Shown here: piece after piece, positions 7,829 through 15,913 of the stretch
Position numbering within the stretch: the first letter of the stretch is position 1
How the letters are laid out: the number at the start of each line of letters is the position of its first letter
NCBI GenBank assembly: GCA_963732075.1
Contig: CAVSYD010000005.1
Location: 46,483-110,482, forward strand
DNA length: 64,000 nucleotides
Reading direction: 5' to 3'
DNA from: an uncultured Actinomycetes bacterium
Lineage (GTDB): Bacteria; Actinomycetota; Thermoleophilia; Gaiellales; JAICJC01
Position numbers and translations under genes: made by a program
The notes under the pieces: generated by a model
What the model was told of the DNA's origin: nothing
The model's input: the letters and a program-made list of their open reading frames with translations, nothing else
Databases searched by the model: none

Positions 7829-8617
7829 CTAATCCTTAATCGCGATGGAGGCAGTTACGATATGGCTGGTGGGCGATTGATTTACGGTAGGTGCCCCGCC
7901 ATTGGTGGAATTTAGCAGATGCGCTTGAAAATCTCCGCCTGGATTAGAGTTGTCGTTTGTGTAAGCTGGCGTTCCGCTTGGAGCACTACAGGCACCCCCG
8001 CAAGACCCTATTGTGGCTATAAAGTCGTTTCCTCCGGTCAGTGTAAGGGCCGTTCCCACACAGGCAGTACAATTAACTGTCACCAGATTGGAACCAGACA
8101 CATCGAAGGATGCCGAGGTAGAACTTGAAAATTCCCAAAATTCAGCTAGTTGTTGATTGGCTCCAGCCGTTACTGTTAGCGTAGTCCCAACGGCTGTCAG
8201 GGATGCGCAATAGGCCATGCTCACCCATCCTGCGGTCGCATCCCCCGCCGATGTATTTGCCTGCACGGTCCACGATGTTGAACAGCCAGTAGCGCTGGTA
8301 ATGGTCTGGTTGGCACCAAATGCAGCGGCAATAATGCCGAAATGCCCAGCGGTCGGGTTGGTTATCGTGATAGCGCAAGTTGAACCTGAGCAGGTATTAA
8401 ATTTCGCCTGCGTGAAGGTAAAGGTCCCGCTACCGGCACCTTGAGCGTGGACCATTCCGTTGGCGTTAAACGGGGCTCCCTGCGGAACGAAGAAGCGCAA
8501 ATTGTGGTCTACGAATGGAGGAGTTTTAAGCGTTACATTGACAGTCTTATAGTGAAAGAAATCCGGGGTTGCTCCGAAGGAAGCTGTCACCGCAACTATC
8601 CCCAAGATCCATTTCAT
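7829..8617 (-). CDS. secreted Cys-containing beta-rich protein (262 aa), paralog-like to 19478..20239
   Basis: ATG at 8617 overlaps the upstream stop as ATGA. Signal peptide MKWILGIVAVTASFGA. Architecture resembles the 253-aa protein. Confidence 0.6.
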   Translation of the reverse strand: MKWILGIVAVTASFGATPDFFHYKTVNVTLKTPPFVDHNLRFFVPQGAPFNANGMVHAQGAGSGTFTFTQAKFNTCSGSTCAITITNPTAGHFGIIAAAFGANQTITSATGCSTSWTVQANTSAGDATAGWVSMAYCASLTAVGTTLTVTAGANQQLAEFWEFSSSTSASFDVSGSNLVTVNCTACVGTALTLTGGNDFIATIGSCGGACSAPSGTPAYTNDNSNPGGDFQAHLLNSTNGGAPTVNQSPTSHIVTASIAIKD

Positions 8618-11600
8618 CGGATTACCTTCCAATTGAGAGTGATCGACCCCGGATCTACTGTTCCAGAAGTCCAATTGCAACCTTCGAAGTTGACAGTGTC
8701 GGCGGTCGGATAAGCGTTAATGCTGAATCCTCCCGTTGAGGCCGGGACGTAGCCTGTCACGGCCTTGATGGAAGCGTTGGTGGTGAATAGGATAACGTCT
8801 GTTGAAAGCGTCCCTGTAGCTGTATCGGTAATGACCGTGGCACAGGCCCCGCTTGCCGTTGATGCGAAGTCTACGGCCTTGGCTCCGTGGGCAATTACCT
8901 GGGCGAGCGTAGCGTCCCCGGCGGCGGTCCCGGCGGTGATCCCGTGTATGCTGGTTTGATTGGCCAGCGCTACGGCGATGTTGGCGGTCGGGAGGACGCC
9001 GGTCACATCGGCGGTGAGGGAGACAGCAGAACTGGTAACAGTTTGCGTTGATCCGGCAAAGTGCGCTATTCCCGCGCCTGGGGAAGACGCATTGACTACC
9101 GTTCCTGGAAGATCCGCCAATGCGGCAGTCTGGTATCCAGGGGCCGCAGTGGACCCGGTGTTGTTCATCCAAAATTTATGCGCCGCTGCCGTGGCTAGTG
9201 TGGCTGTAACCACGCCAGTGGAGGCGCTGTTATTGATCAGCGTTCCATCGCCAGTGAATGACGTCACCGGTGCTGCCGTAGCCGCGAACGGCATGACGCC
9301 GCCAGAACGCTGTGTGAAGATGTTGGCCGTCGCCGCATTGGTAGAGAACGCAATCGTATAGTCCACGAATAACGCCGCCGTAAGATCGATGTTCGATGAA
9401 ACCGCGGTGTTCGTATCTACGAAGATCGAATCCGCCGTAGTGGTGAGAGCGCCAAGATCCACCGCTAAGGGACCATGAATCTCAAGGTTTCCAGTCGCGC
9501 CTGTCGTGTGCGTGTAGCCCATTACCGCAAGGTTCCAGTTGTTGTTGGTCACGGCCGCAATTGTAGCCGTGCTCACGATGGAGATGAGGGTCACGACCGT
9601 TCCCGATCCGCAACCGCTAATTGTGCAGAGCTTTATTTTAAGCGTGATGGTCGGAGTCTGCGCGGTCTGGGTCGTATAGACTCCAGCCCCATCGAATAGA
9701 AATGGCTGATTGGCACTGTTGAAATATCCAGCACCGAGGCTCAGCTCCATGAGTTGCTGGTCGGACGTGGTGTTGGTGTTGACCGTTGCAGGAGTGGTGC
9801 TGGTAACTGAGTTCCCCGCGCCCGCCCCCCCTGGACATGCCTGGAAGCTCGGATCTGAAGACGCACCGTTAGAGAGATAGCATTGTCCGCTCGTACCGGG
9901 GCTTGTGGCGACGATGGCGCTGGTGGTTTCTCCAACAAGTGGGCCGTGCGCAGTGAAGGTTCCGGCCCCGGTGCCACCGCTACCTACGGCCACAGCGGTA
10001 TTGAAAGTCTGAACGCCCGTGAATGTCTGACCGGCATCCGTCCTTGCGGTTGTAAAACTCGTGGTCGGGGTCGTCTCGGTAATTCCATCTGTCGATGCGA
10101 TCGTGAGGCTGTTTTGGACAGCAAATGTTTTAGCATTGGTGATCGAAAGCGTCCCGGTAGATGCTGTAATTGCCAATCCGTTAATACTAGTCTGGTTCGC
10201 CAAAGATGCAGGAAGTTGAGCGGTAGTAGCCGATCCGCTCAGATTCGAGAACGCCGGCTGCGCCTTGGATATCACGCCGGCCGCCGATACCGCAGTCAAG
10301 AAATTATTAGATGCTCCAGTGTCCGGCACAACCGTATTACTGACGGTCGAGGAATTATTGTCCATCGAGGAAAAGATGTGATTTGTGGAATCCCACCACC
10401 ATCGTCCATCGGAAGCTGGCGGAGTGCCGGGCTTGGAAATTTCCGGTCCCATTGCGCCCGCCACGGTAGAAGAGCATCCGGTTCCGTTGACAGTTGAACC
10501 GTCCGCTCCCACCTCAAATTCCTGCGTAGTGGTTGCGCTCAGCGTAGGATCAACCGTGCAAGTATTAGTCGCGGATGCACCATAGGAAACAGTCCTTCCG
10601 CCCGTACCGTCTTGCGTCCATGCGATCGAGAATTTGGCCCCAGCGGTTTTGTTCGTAAAAGTCACCGATGTTACGTTGGCAGTCAAGGCACCAGGCTCAA
10701 CGCGCACAGGCGACTTAACGGAAACATCGGCAAGGGAAAACGTGGGGGTAGCGGAGAAGGCTGGATTGGTAGCAGTTGAACCCGTGAATACCGATGTAGC
10801 TCCGCCGCCAGAGTACTGCGGGATGTTCAATGTCCCTCCCGAATAGGTGGCCGCGCCGCTCGATCCCGTGGTAGTAAGGGTGAATAGCGCCTGAGTGTTC
10901 AACATCGTCGCAATCTGCGCAGCGGTGAGGGCCAATGGTGCAGCCGGGGAGCCCGTATTGTTCCCCATGATGGAATTCGCGGCTAGGTTGGCCATCTTGG
11001 AAAGTGATATTGCCCCAGCACCGATAGTCAACGCAGGGAAGGTAGTGGTCGCGTCCCCGGTGAACACACCGGAGTTAACCATCTTGGCGGCGGTGATCGC
11101 GCCCGCGCCGATTGTCAGCGCCGGGAACGTTGTCGTTGCGTCGCCGGTGAACACTCCAGCGTTGATTAGCTTGGCCGCCGTCACGTTGGCATTTGTGATG
11201 TCGGCGGTGACGATCAAGCCGCCAGCGGTTGCTCCCGTGGTGGTTGTGTTGTGTAGGACGCCTGTGGTGAACCCGCCTGGAACCTTGAATGCGGAGGTGG
11301 CCATCGCGGAGAGGTCTAGGACGGCGGACGCCCCGCCGGCGAGCGTATGAGATGCCATGGTGATGACCCAATCCACAGAGGACGCGCACGCGCTGGAGCC
11401 ATTGTTAATCACGATCTGACCAGCAGACCCTCCAACCGAGCATCCAGAACCAGCAGAGAACGCGGTCCACGTATTCGTCGCCGTGCAACCGTAATAGGTG
11501 CCTCCATCGATCAGTATCGGCGTCTGTCCTGGTGTACATGTGGCGGTTGTATGGTCGCCAGAAAGAACCGGTCGGAAGCTAGCCGAGAATCCTTGCGGGA

Positions 11601-11682
11601 ATGGATTAACCACGGGCGCTATCTGAGCGCGAAGGCACAGCGGTATCAGTAGGATCAGCAACGCGCGAAGCATGCGGGTCAT
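8614..11682 (-). CDS. 1022-aa secreted tail-fibre-like protein
   Basis: Signal peptide MTRMLRALLILLIPLCLRAQ. Long Thr/Gly/Ser/Ala-rich beta-type sequence. Internal 29-aa tandem duplication. Its C-terminal 88-aa module is shared with the 617-aa protein. Confidence 0.7.
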   Translation of the reverse strand: MTRMLRALLILLIPLCLRAQIAPVVNPFPQGFSASFRPVLSGDHTTATCTPGQTPILIDGGTYYGCTATNTWTAFSAGSGCSVGGSAGQIVINNGSSACASSVDWVITMASHTLAGGASAVLDLSAMATSAFKVPGGFTTGVLHNTTTTGATAGGLIVTADITNANVTAAKLINAGVFTGDATTTFPALTIGAGAITAAKMVNSGVFTGDATTTFPALTIGAGAISLSKMANLAANSIMGNNTGSPAAPLALTAAQIATMLNTQALFTLTTTGSSGAATYSGGTLNIPQYSGGGATSVFTGSTATNPAFSATPTFSLADVSVKSPVRVEPGALTANVTSVTFTNKTAGAKFSIAWTQDGTGGRTVSYGASATNTCTVDPTLSATTTQEFEVGADGSTVNGTGCSSTVAGAMGPEISKPGTPPASDGRWWWDSTNHIFSSMDNNSSTVSNTVVPDTGASNNFLTAVSAAGVISKAQPAFSNLSGSATTAQLPASLANQTSINGLAITASTGTLSITNAKTFAVQNSLTIASTDGITETTPTTSFTTARTDAGQTFTGVQTFNTAVAVGSGGTGAGTFTAHGPLVGETTSAIVATSPGTSGQCYLSNGASSDPSFQACPGGAGAGNSVTSTTPATVNTNTTSDQQLMELSLGAGYFNSANQPFLFDGAGVYTTQTAQTPTITLKIKLCTISGCGSGTVVTLISIVSTATIAAVTNNNWNLAVMGYTHTTGATGNLEIHGPLAVDLGALTTTADSIFVDTNTAVSSNIDLTAALFVDYTIAFSTNAATANIFTQRSGGVMPFAATAAPVTSFTGDGTLINNSASTGVVTATLATAAAHKFWMNNTGSTAAPGYQTAALADLPGTVVNASSPGAGIAHFAGSTQTVTSSAVSLTADVTGVLPTANIAVALANQTSIHGITAGTAAGDATLAQVIAHGAKAVDFASTASGACATVITDTATGTLSTDVILFTTNASIKAVTGYVPASTGGFSINAYPTADTVNFEGCNWTSGTVDPGSITLNWKVIR
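11000..11171 (-). repeat. in-frame tandem duplication (2 x about 29 aa) inside the 1022-aa gene
   Basis: NAGVFTGDATTTFPALTIGAGAITAAKM followed by NSGVFTGDATTTFPALTIGAGAISLSKM. The DNA copies differ mostly at synonymous sites. Coordinates are approximate. Confidence 0.7.
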
Positions 11683-11746
11683 GAGTTTTCCTTTGCTTGA
11701 TGGTACCTTAAACTGATGATGGATGGAGGGTACGGCCAGGGGAATA

Positions 11747-11794
11747 CTTAGTTGTGGCTGGCTAGACGGTCTTAGTTGTGGCTGGCTAGACGTT
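11747..11794. repeat. 24-bp tandem direct duplication with a 22-nt perfect core
   Basis: cttagttgtggctggctagacg occurs at 11747..11768 and again at 11771..11792. The upstream copy (in gene direction) encodes the last six codons plus the stop of gene 11772..12053. Confidence 0.9.
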
Positions 11795-12053
11795 TGCCGT
11801 TTTCCAGGTCACGGAGACGTTCTTCATGGTCCTCTATGCGCTCTTCGCGAATGGATGAATTGCTGATCGCTACCGTCAGCGCCTGCGTAGCCGCTGCATT
11901 CACCTGCAATTGAACCAGCAGTTTATCGAAGTCTTTTTCGAGCCGTTCCACGCGATACCTCAAAACGTAGGCGGTTCCAATTGCGGCTGCCAGACTCAAC
12001 AGCAGAGCCAAGGCCGAAACCAGGACGCCAGTCGCCGCAAGGTTCATTTGCAC
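11772..12053 (-). CDS. N-terminally membrane-anchored coiled-coil protein (93 aa)
   Basis: TM segment ATGVLVSALALLLSLAAAIGTAYVL, then a heptad-like charged region (ERLEKDFDKLLVQLQ...EERLRDLEN). Confidence 0.5.
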   Translation of the reverse strand: MQMNLAATGVLVSALALLLSLAAAIGTAYVLRYRVERLEKDFDKLLVQLQVNAAATQALTVAISNSSIREERIEDHEERLRDLENGKRLASHN

Positions 12054-12082
12054 TTATAGATCCATGATTGAAGGCGTTGCAC

Positions 12083-12367
12083 TTACTTGGTGGGCTCCTG
12101 ATGGATCTCGGTAACTTTGACCACTTGTCCTTCAGGGGTGAGAGTAGTTGCGACCGTAGATTGCCCAGCCTTCTCGCCGCTTGGGGTGAGCGCGTAAGCC
12201 TGAATGCCAAGAACCATCTGAATGCCCTGAAAGGCCACGCCAAAGAAACTTGTGAGTGCCACTAATTGAGTCGGGTTCATCTGCGAAAAGGCGGGTATCA
12301 AATATTGAACCGCGGCCCCCAGTATGATCATCGACAGGTGAACGGCAATCGCCAAGTTTCGAGACAT
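12083..12367 (-). CDS. small multi-TM membrane protein (94 aa), holin-like by size and topology only
   Basis: Hydrophobic segments LAIAVHLSMIILGAAVQYLI and LVALTSFFGVAFQGIQMVLGI. No family recognised. Confidence 0.5.
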   Translation of the reverse strand: MSRNLAIAVHLSMIILGAAVQYLIPAFSQMNPTQLVALTSFFGVAFQGIQMVLGIQAYALTPSGEKAGQSTVATTLTPEGQVVKVTEIHQEPTK

Positions 12368-12515
12368 TTGACTCCTTGAAGGTTCAGCGTAACACTATGC
12401 TAGCCGCAATACAAAGGCCCCACGCCTTCCGAGGGATGCGTCTCGGTTAGCGCGGGGCCTTGGTATCCCCACTTAAGGGGCCTTTAAGGGTTATGTGCAG
12501 TCTGAAACTATCTTA

Positions 12516-12758
12516 CTACGGAGTCGTGCTCCCCATCGCATCGAGCGCGGTGGTAGCCGCATCGAGCTTGGTCACTTCCGTAGCCGCCTGCGCCGCCAGG
12601 TCCTTCGCGGTTTGCAGGTCAGTGGCGGATGCGATCTGCGCCAGCAGCGCGGTAATGCGCGCCTGGATCGCGGTGATGTCCGCTGAAATCTTGTCTGAGT
12701 CGGTATCGATCTGGGCCAGCGCGGATTTGGTTGCCGCGAGGTCGTCGGTGAGAGCCAT
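12516..12758 (-). CDS. Ala/Thr/Asp-rich coiled-coil protein (80 aa)
   Basis: ORF track. AAAAAGGAGAAT lies upstream of the ATG. Helical low-complexity composition. Confidence 0.5.
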   Translation of the reverse strand: MALTDDLAATKSALAQIDTDSDKISADITAIQARITALLAQIASATDLQTAKDLAAQAATEVTKLDAATTALDAMGSTTP

Positions 12759-12760
12759 GT

Positions 12761-12934
12761 CTAATTCTCCTTTTTTACGGTCAGTTGGGTGAGCTGTACT
12801 ACAGATTTGTGAAGCTTCGCGGCAGTAGATTGAGCTTGCAATGCGAGCGCGTGCAGATCACTGGCCAGAACGGCATACTGGTCGGCCGCTTTCCCCCGAA
12901 GGGTGATCTCGATGTCCGGTGAGCAGTCTAGCAT
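12761..12934 (-). CDS. 57-aa hypothetical protein (below the ORF-track cutoff)
   Basis: My translation: MLDCSPDIEITLRGKAADQYAVLASDLHALALQAQSTAAKLHKSVVQLTQLTVKKEN. Its stop lies 2 nt before the next ATG. Confidence 0.35.
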   Translation of the reverse strand: MLDCSPDIEITLRGKAADQYAVLASDLHALALQAQSTAAKLHKSVVQLTQLTVKKEN

Positions 12935-12980
12935 TAGATTCGCCTAAAAGAGTCTACCATGACCGAATGACGGCACGGTG

Positions 12981-13181
12981 TCACCTATGGTAAGGATAAA
13001 ACACCGGCCCCGAGCCGAACATCCCCGCGAGCAAGTAGATTAACCAGATGGCAACGAAGACGATCACGATAACCCTGATAATCCGCGCAATCGCTGCATC
13101 CATTGGTATTTGAGTGATGCCCCATAGGATCACGCCGACGATCAGTAGCGTGACTAGGATCTGAACTAGCGGGAATGGCAT
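12981..13181 (-). CDS. two-TM small membrane protein (66 aa), resembles the Thivi_2564-type family
   Basis: MPFPLVQILVTLLIVGVILWGITQIPMDAAIARIIRVIVIVFVAIWLIYLL. The pattern recalls a widespread small membrane protein family; this is from memory, not a search. Confidence 0.55.
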   Translation of the reverse strand: MPFPLVQILVTLLIVGVILWGITQIPMDAAIARIIRVIVIVFVAIWLIYLLAGMFGSGPVFYPYHR

Positions 13182-13227
13182 AGCTGCACCTCAAGGATTA
13201 TATAGCATGTGTGGGGCCTAACGACTT

Positions 13228-13265
13228 GGGCGCTACCCCTTTCGAGATAGCGCCCTTTTGGTTTT
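13228..13265 (+). terminator. rho-independent terminator-like hairpin oriented on the plus strand
   Basis: GGGCGCTA (13228..13235), 12-nt loop, TAGCGCCC (13248..13255), then TTTTGGTTTT. The T-tract is present only in the plus orientation. Confidence 0.45.
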
Positions 13266-13446
13266 GGCTGGAGCACTTGCCGCCGATTTCACCGGAACAC
13301 GTCATAAGCTTTACAACGTTTCACCGGATGCGCGTTCCCATCCGGATCACTTCGCAATCCCATCGGCTTTATTGCATCGGTCTTACGGTCTCACACCCCA
13401 GCCCTCTTTGTTGGGTTGGGAATCCTTTACGAAAGAACATTATATA

Positions 13447-13689
13447 CTACGCTCCCACCGTTCCGTAGTACTTATTCACGGCCTCCGCCACCACCTCGCA
13501 AAGCGACTGAGCCAATGCAACCGGCACAGCCACCTTGCTATTGATCTGCTGCAAGGATGCCAGCGCCGGCGCTATGTCGGCGTACAGCGCGGCGCCAGTG
13601 AGCGTCTTGGATGCGAGCATCGCACGAATTGAGCCGATTAGGCCGAGTATCTCCGTGACGAGCGCGAAGTAGGCGAAGAAGGTGCTCAC
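13447..13689 (-). CDS. hypothetical protein (80 aa)
   Basis: ORF track. 4-nt overlap with the upstream gene. Hydrophobic N-terminus. Confidence 0.5.
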   Translation of the reverse strand: MSTFFAYFALVTEILGLIGSIRAMLASKTLTGAALYADIAPALASLQQINSKVAVPVALAQSLCEVVAEAVNKYYGTVGA

Positions 13690-14093
13690 GGGATGATGAC
13701 CGTAACCCCGCGCCCGGTGCCGACTTCGACCGTGTAGAGCGTGCTATACGCAGCCGGGACACCTTGAACGAGTCCCAATTGCTCATAGGAGTAGTTCCAG
13801 AACTCCGAAGGTCCTGCGTTGGCCTTGAGTGTTTCATCCAGATCGGCGGGGTACGGCGGGCTGTTCGGTGCTTGCTGGTTAGCAATCTCCGCGTACCATC
13901 CGAGGATCTGTTGCTGAGTGAAGGTGAACTGGTTGTAGGGAATGCCGACAACCACAGTTCCGGCGAGTAAATCGCTGGAATAGCCGGACAGAGCGCCGTT
14001 GTAGATGGTAACCACGGTCTGCCTTTGCTGGTAGGAGAGCACGGGGTTGATTTTTGCCGCGAAAGGCAATTTTGGGTCGAGCTGAAATGACAT
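13686..14093 (-). CDS. hypothetical protein (135 aa)
   Basis: ORF track. ATAAGGAGAAAATCA lies upstream of the ATG. No family recognised. Confidence 0.55.
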   Translation of the reverse strand: MSFQLDPKLPFAAKINPVLSYQQRQTVVTIYNGALSGYSSDLLAGTVVVGIPYNQFTFTQQQILGWYAEIANQQAPNSPPYPADLDETLKANAGPSEFWNYSYEQLGLVQGVPAAYSTLYTVEVGTGRGVTVIIP

Positions 14094-14203
14094 TGATTTT
14101 CTCCTTATCTGACTATGGAGCGTTCCGTAGCTCCCGAGGTGGTCAACCTCACGCTACGCAGTCGCGAGAAACTCGCGTGAGCGAGAAAGTAACAACTACG
14201 AGA

Positions 14204-14602
14204 TCAAGTTTGGCTTTGTGCTCCGCCATCGCGTATTTCATCCGGCTCTTCTTCTGGATGCGTTTCACAACCTTCGAATCTTCCAGCAATGAAAGCATCG
14301 AAGTTGATCGCGGCTTCAACCATAGCGTTCATGGTTGCGGGTTGGATGACGGGTCCATTCCCGGCCCGCTGTTGATTGTACGCCTCTCTTAGATAATCTG
14401 CGTCTTTGATGATAAGCCCCTGATATGCCTGAATGGCCATCATGAGCGCTGTGGTGCGACGCTTCTCCGACTTTGTAAGATCCATTGTGGTCTTGGTCGG
14501 ATCGAAGGCAATATCATGCTCCTCCAGCACCGATAAGTCCCCCGGCGTCCCATCTGGGTGCGTGGCGGTTATTTCTACCTCTGGTAATTTTGACTTTGAC
14601 AT
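14204..14602 (-). CDS. hypothetical protein (132 aa)
   Basis: Internal ATG at 14602 is preceded by AAAGGAGAAAAAG. Product MSKSKLPEVEITATHPDG... Confidence 0.55.
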   Translation of the reverse strand: MSKSKLPEVEITATHPDGTPGDLSVLEEHDIAFDPTKTTMDLTKSEKRRTTALMMAIQAYQGLIIKDADYLREAYNQQRAGNGPVIQPATMNAMVEAAINFDAFIAGRFEGCETHPEEEPDEIRDGGAQSQT

Positions 14603-14644
14603 CTTTTTCTCCTTTGCCGTGACTAGCGGCAAGCCCACTATACC

Positions 14645-15913
14645 CTAGTGTACCCCACCATGCAAGCTCACCGCACCGTGATACTGAATGGATGGGTTAC
14701 CGGTAACCGGAGGAGACAGGCTCAACCTGAGCGCCGGCCAGATGTGCGCCCCGCCCATGCCAAAGAAGAACCCGGTCCATTTGTATCCGCCGATGGAGCC
14801 GTTCCCCAGTTCCCCCGTGATGTTCACATAACGTGAATCGCAATAAACGCCCGTGGTCCACGCGCACTTACCCCAGATGCCGCCATAGACCGTGTCGCCG
14901 AAGGCAATCGCCGCGGTGCATTGGGATGGCCCCAGCAGGCATTGCGAGATTGCGTACTCATTCACATCGGCGAAGGACTCCTGCGCGTTGACGCGCTCGG
15001 GCTGTTCGCTGTCGCCGTTGGTGTCGGGAGGGTCTCCGGTCAGCCCGCTATAGCCGCACGCTGTGAGCGGGCCAGCGCCGTGAATTGAGATGAAGGTCGG
15101 GGACGGGTTGGCAACAAGAAACGGCTCACATTCGAGGGTGACGCGTCCATAGTACGCGCCAAGAGTATTAGGATTGAATCCGACATCATGGAACCACTGA
15201 GCCGCGCCTGGGATGAGTGCCTTGAAGCCATTCGCTACCGTGGAATCTGGGGCGTAGTTCCCGAGCCACGACATCACCTTGGTATTGATGCCGTGCATGA
15301 AGGGTTGCTCGTAGTAGCCGCCCGGACCAACTCCGAAGTTAGCCGAATCGTACATATAGGCGGTGCCGCTTGGATGCGCTGCGGCCGTCACGCCAACGTC
15401 CCAAGGACGGTTTAGCGTAATTTGCGTAGAACTGTTGAAAGTGCAGGCCCATGCCTCGGATTGAAGGAGATTGTCAGAATCCAAGCCGGTTAGACCGAAG
15501 GCCGTCATGCCGCCGAAGTTGTTAGCCGCGCCTGGGCCGAGGCCTTGCATATTGTTCTGCACGAGGTAGGTAAAAGTCCCGCTTGCGCCATTCCAAGGTG
15601 CCGCCAGCGTTACGGTTGAACCAGAGAAAGTAAACTGCAAAACACCCACGTATTGAGGACTACTCATGTTGTCCCAAATGACGATGTTGTAATTCTGGTT
15701 GTCCATCGGCGGGAGCGTGGCGTTTGTGCCGAGCGTACCAGTTATCTTAGTTGCCGTCGTTGAGCCGTTGGTCACTGTGATGGTTCCGGTATCGGTGCCG
15801 CCGCACATGTTGGCCGTCATTCCAGTACCGGTAACTATGGCTGACCCATTGGTCATCGTCACAATGCGATTAGGGGCTTGGCCGGGGAATAGCGCGGGCT
15901 GAATCAGCCCCAC
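14645..15913 (-). CDS. 422-aa beta-rich hypothetical protein; may be the C-terminal continuation of the 1176-aa protein
   Basis: GTG start overlaps the 1176-aa gene end by 10 nt. No signal peptide and no Shine-Dalgarno. The frame stays open about 90 nt upstream of the start. Confidence 0.55.
   Translation of the reverse strand: MGLIQPALFPGQAPNRIVTMTNGSAIVTGTGMTANMCGGTDTGTITVTNGSTTATKITGTLGTNATLPPMDNQNYNIVIWDNMSSPQYVGVLQFTFSGSTVTLAAPWNGASGTFTYLVQNNMQGLGPGAANNFGGMTAFGLTGLDSDNLLQSEAWACTFNSSTQITLNRPWDVGVTAAAHPSGTAYMYDSANFGVGPGGYYEQPFMHGINTKVMSWLGNYAPDSTVANGFKALIPGAAQWFHDVGFNPNTLGAYYGRVTLECEPFLVANPSPTFISIHGAGPLTACGYSGLTGDPPDTNGDSEQPERVNAQESFADVNEYAISQCLLGPSQCTAAIAFGDTVYGGIWGKCAWTTGVYCDSRYVNITGELGNGSIGGYKWTGFFFGMGGAHIWPALRLSLSPPVTGNPSIQYHGAVSLHGGVH

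Noticed and set aside
8717-11389. Alternative-frame and opposite-strand ORFs inside the large fibre genes. Examples: 8717..9172, 9883..10497, 10895..11350, 16121..16717, 17677..18219, 20339..20935, 22147..22632.
   Set aside because: They are nested within much longer frames that have signal peptides and fibre-like motifs. Their compositions are Arg/His/Cys-rich or simply mirror the repeats.
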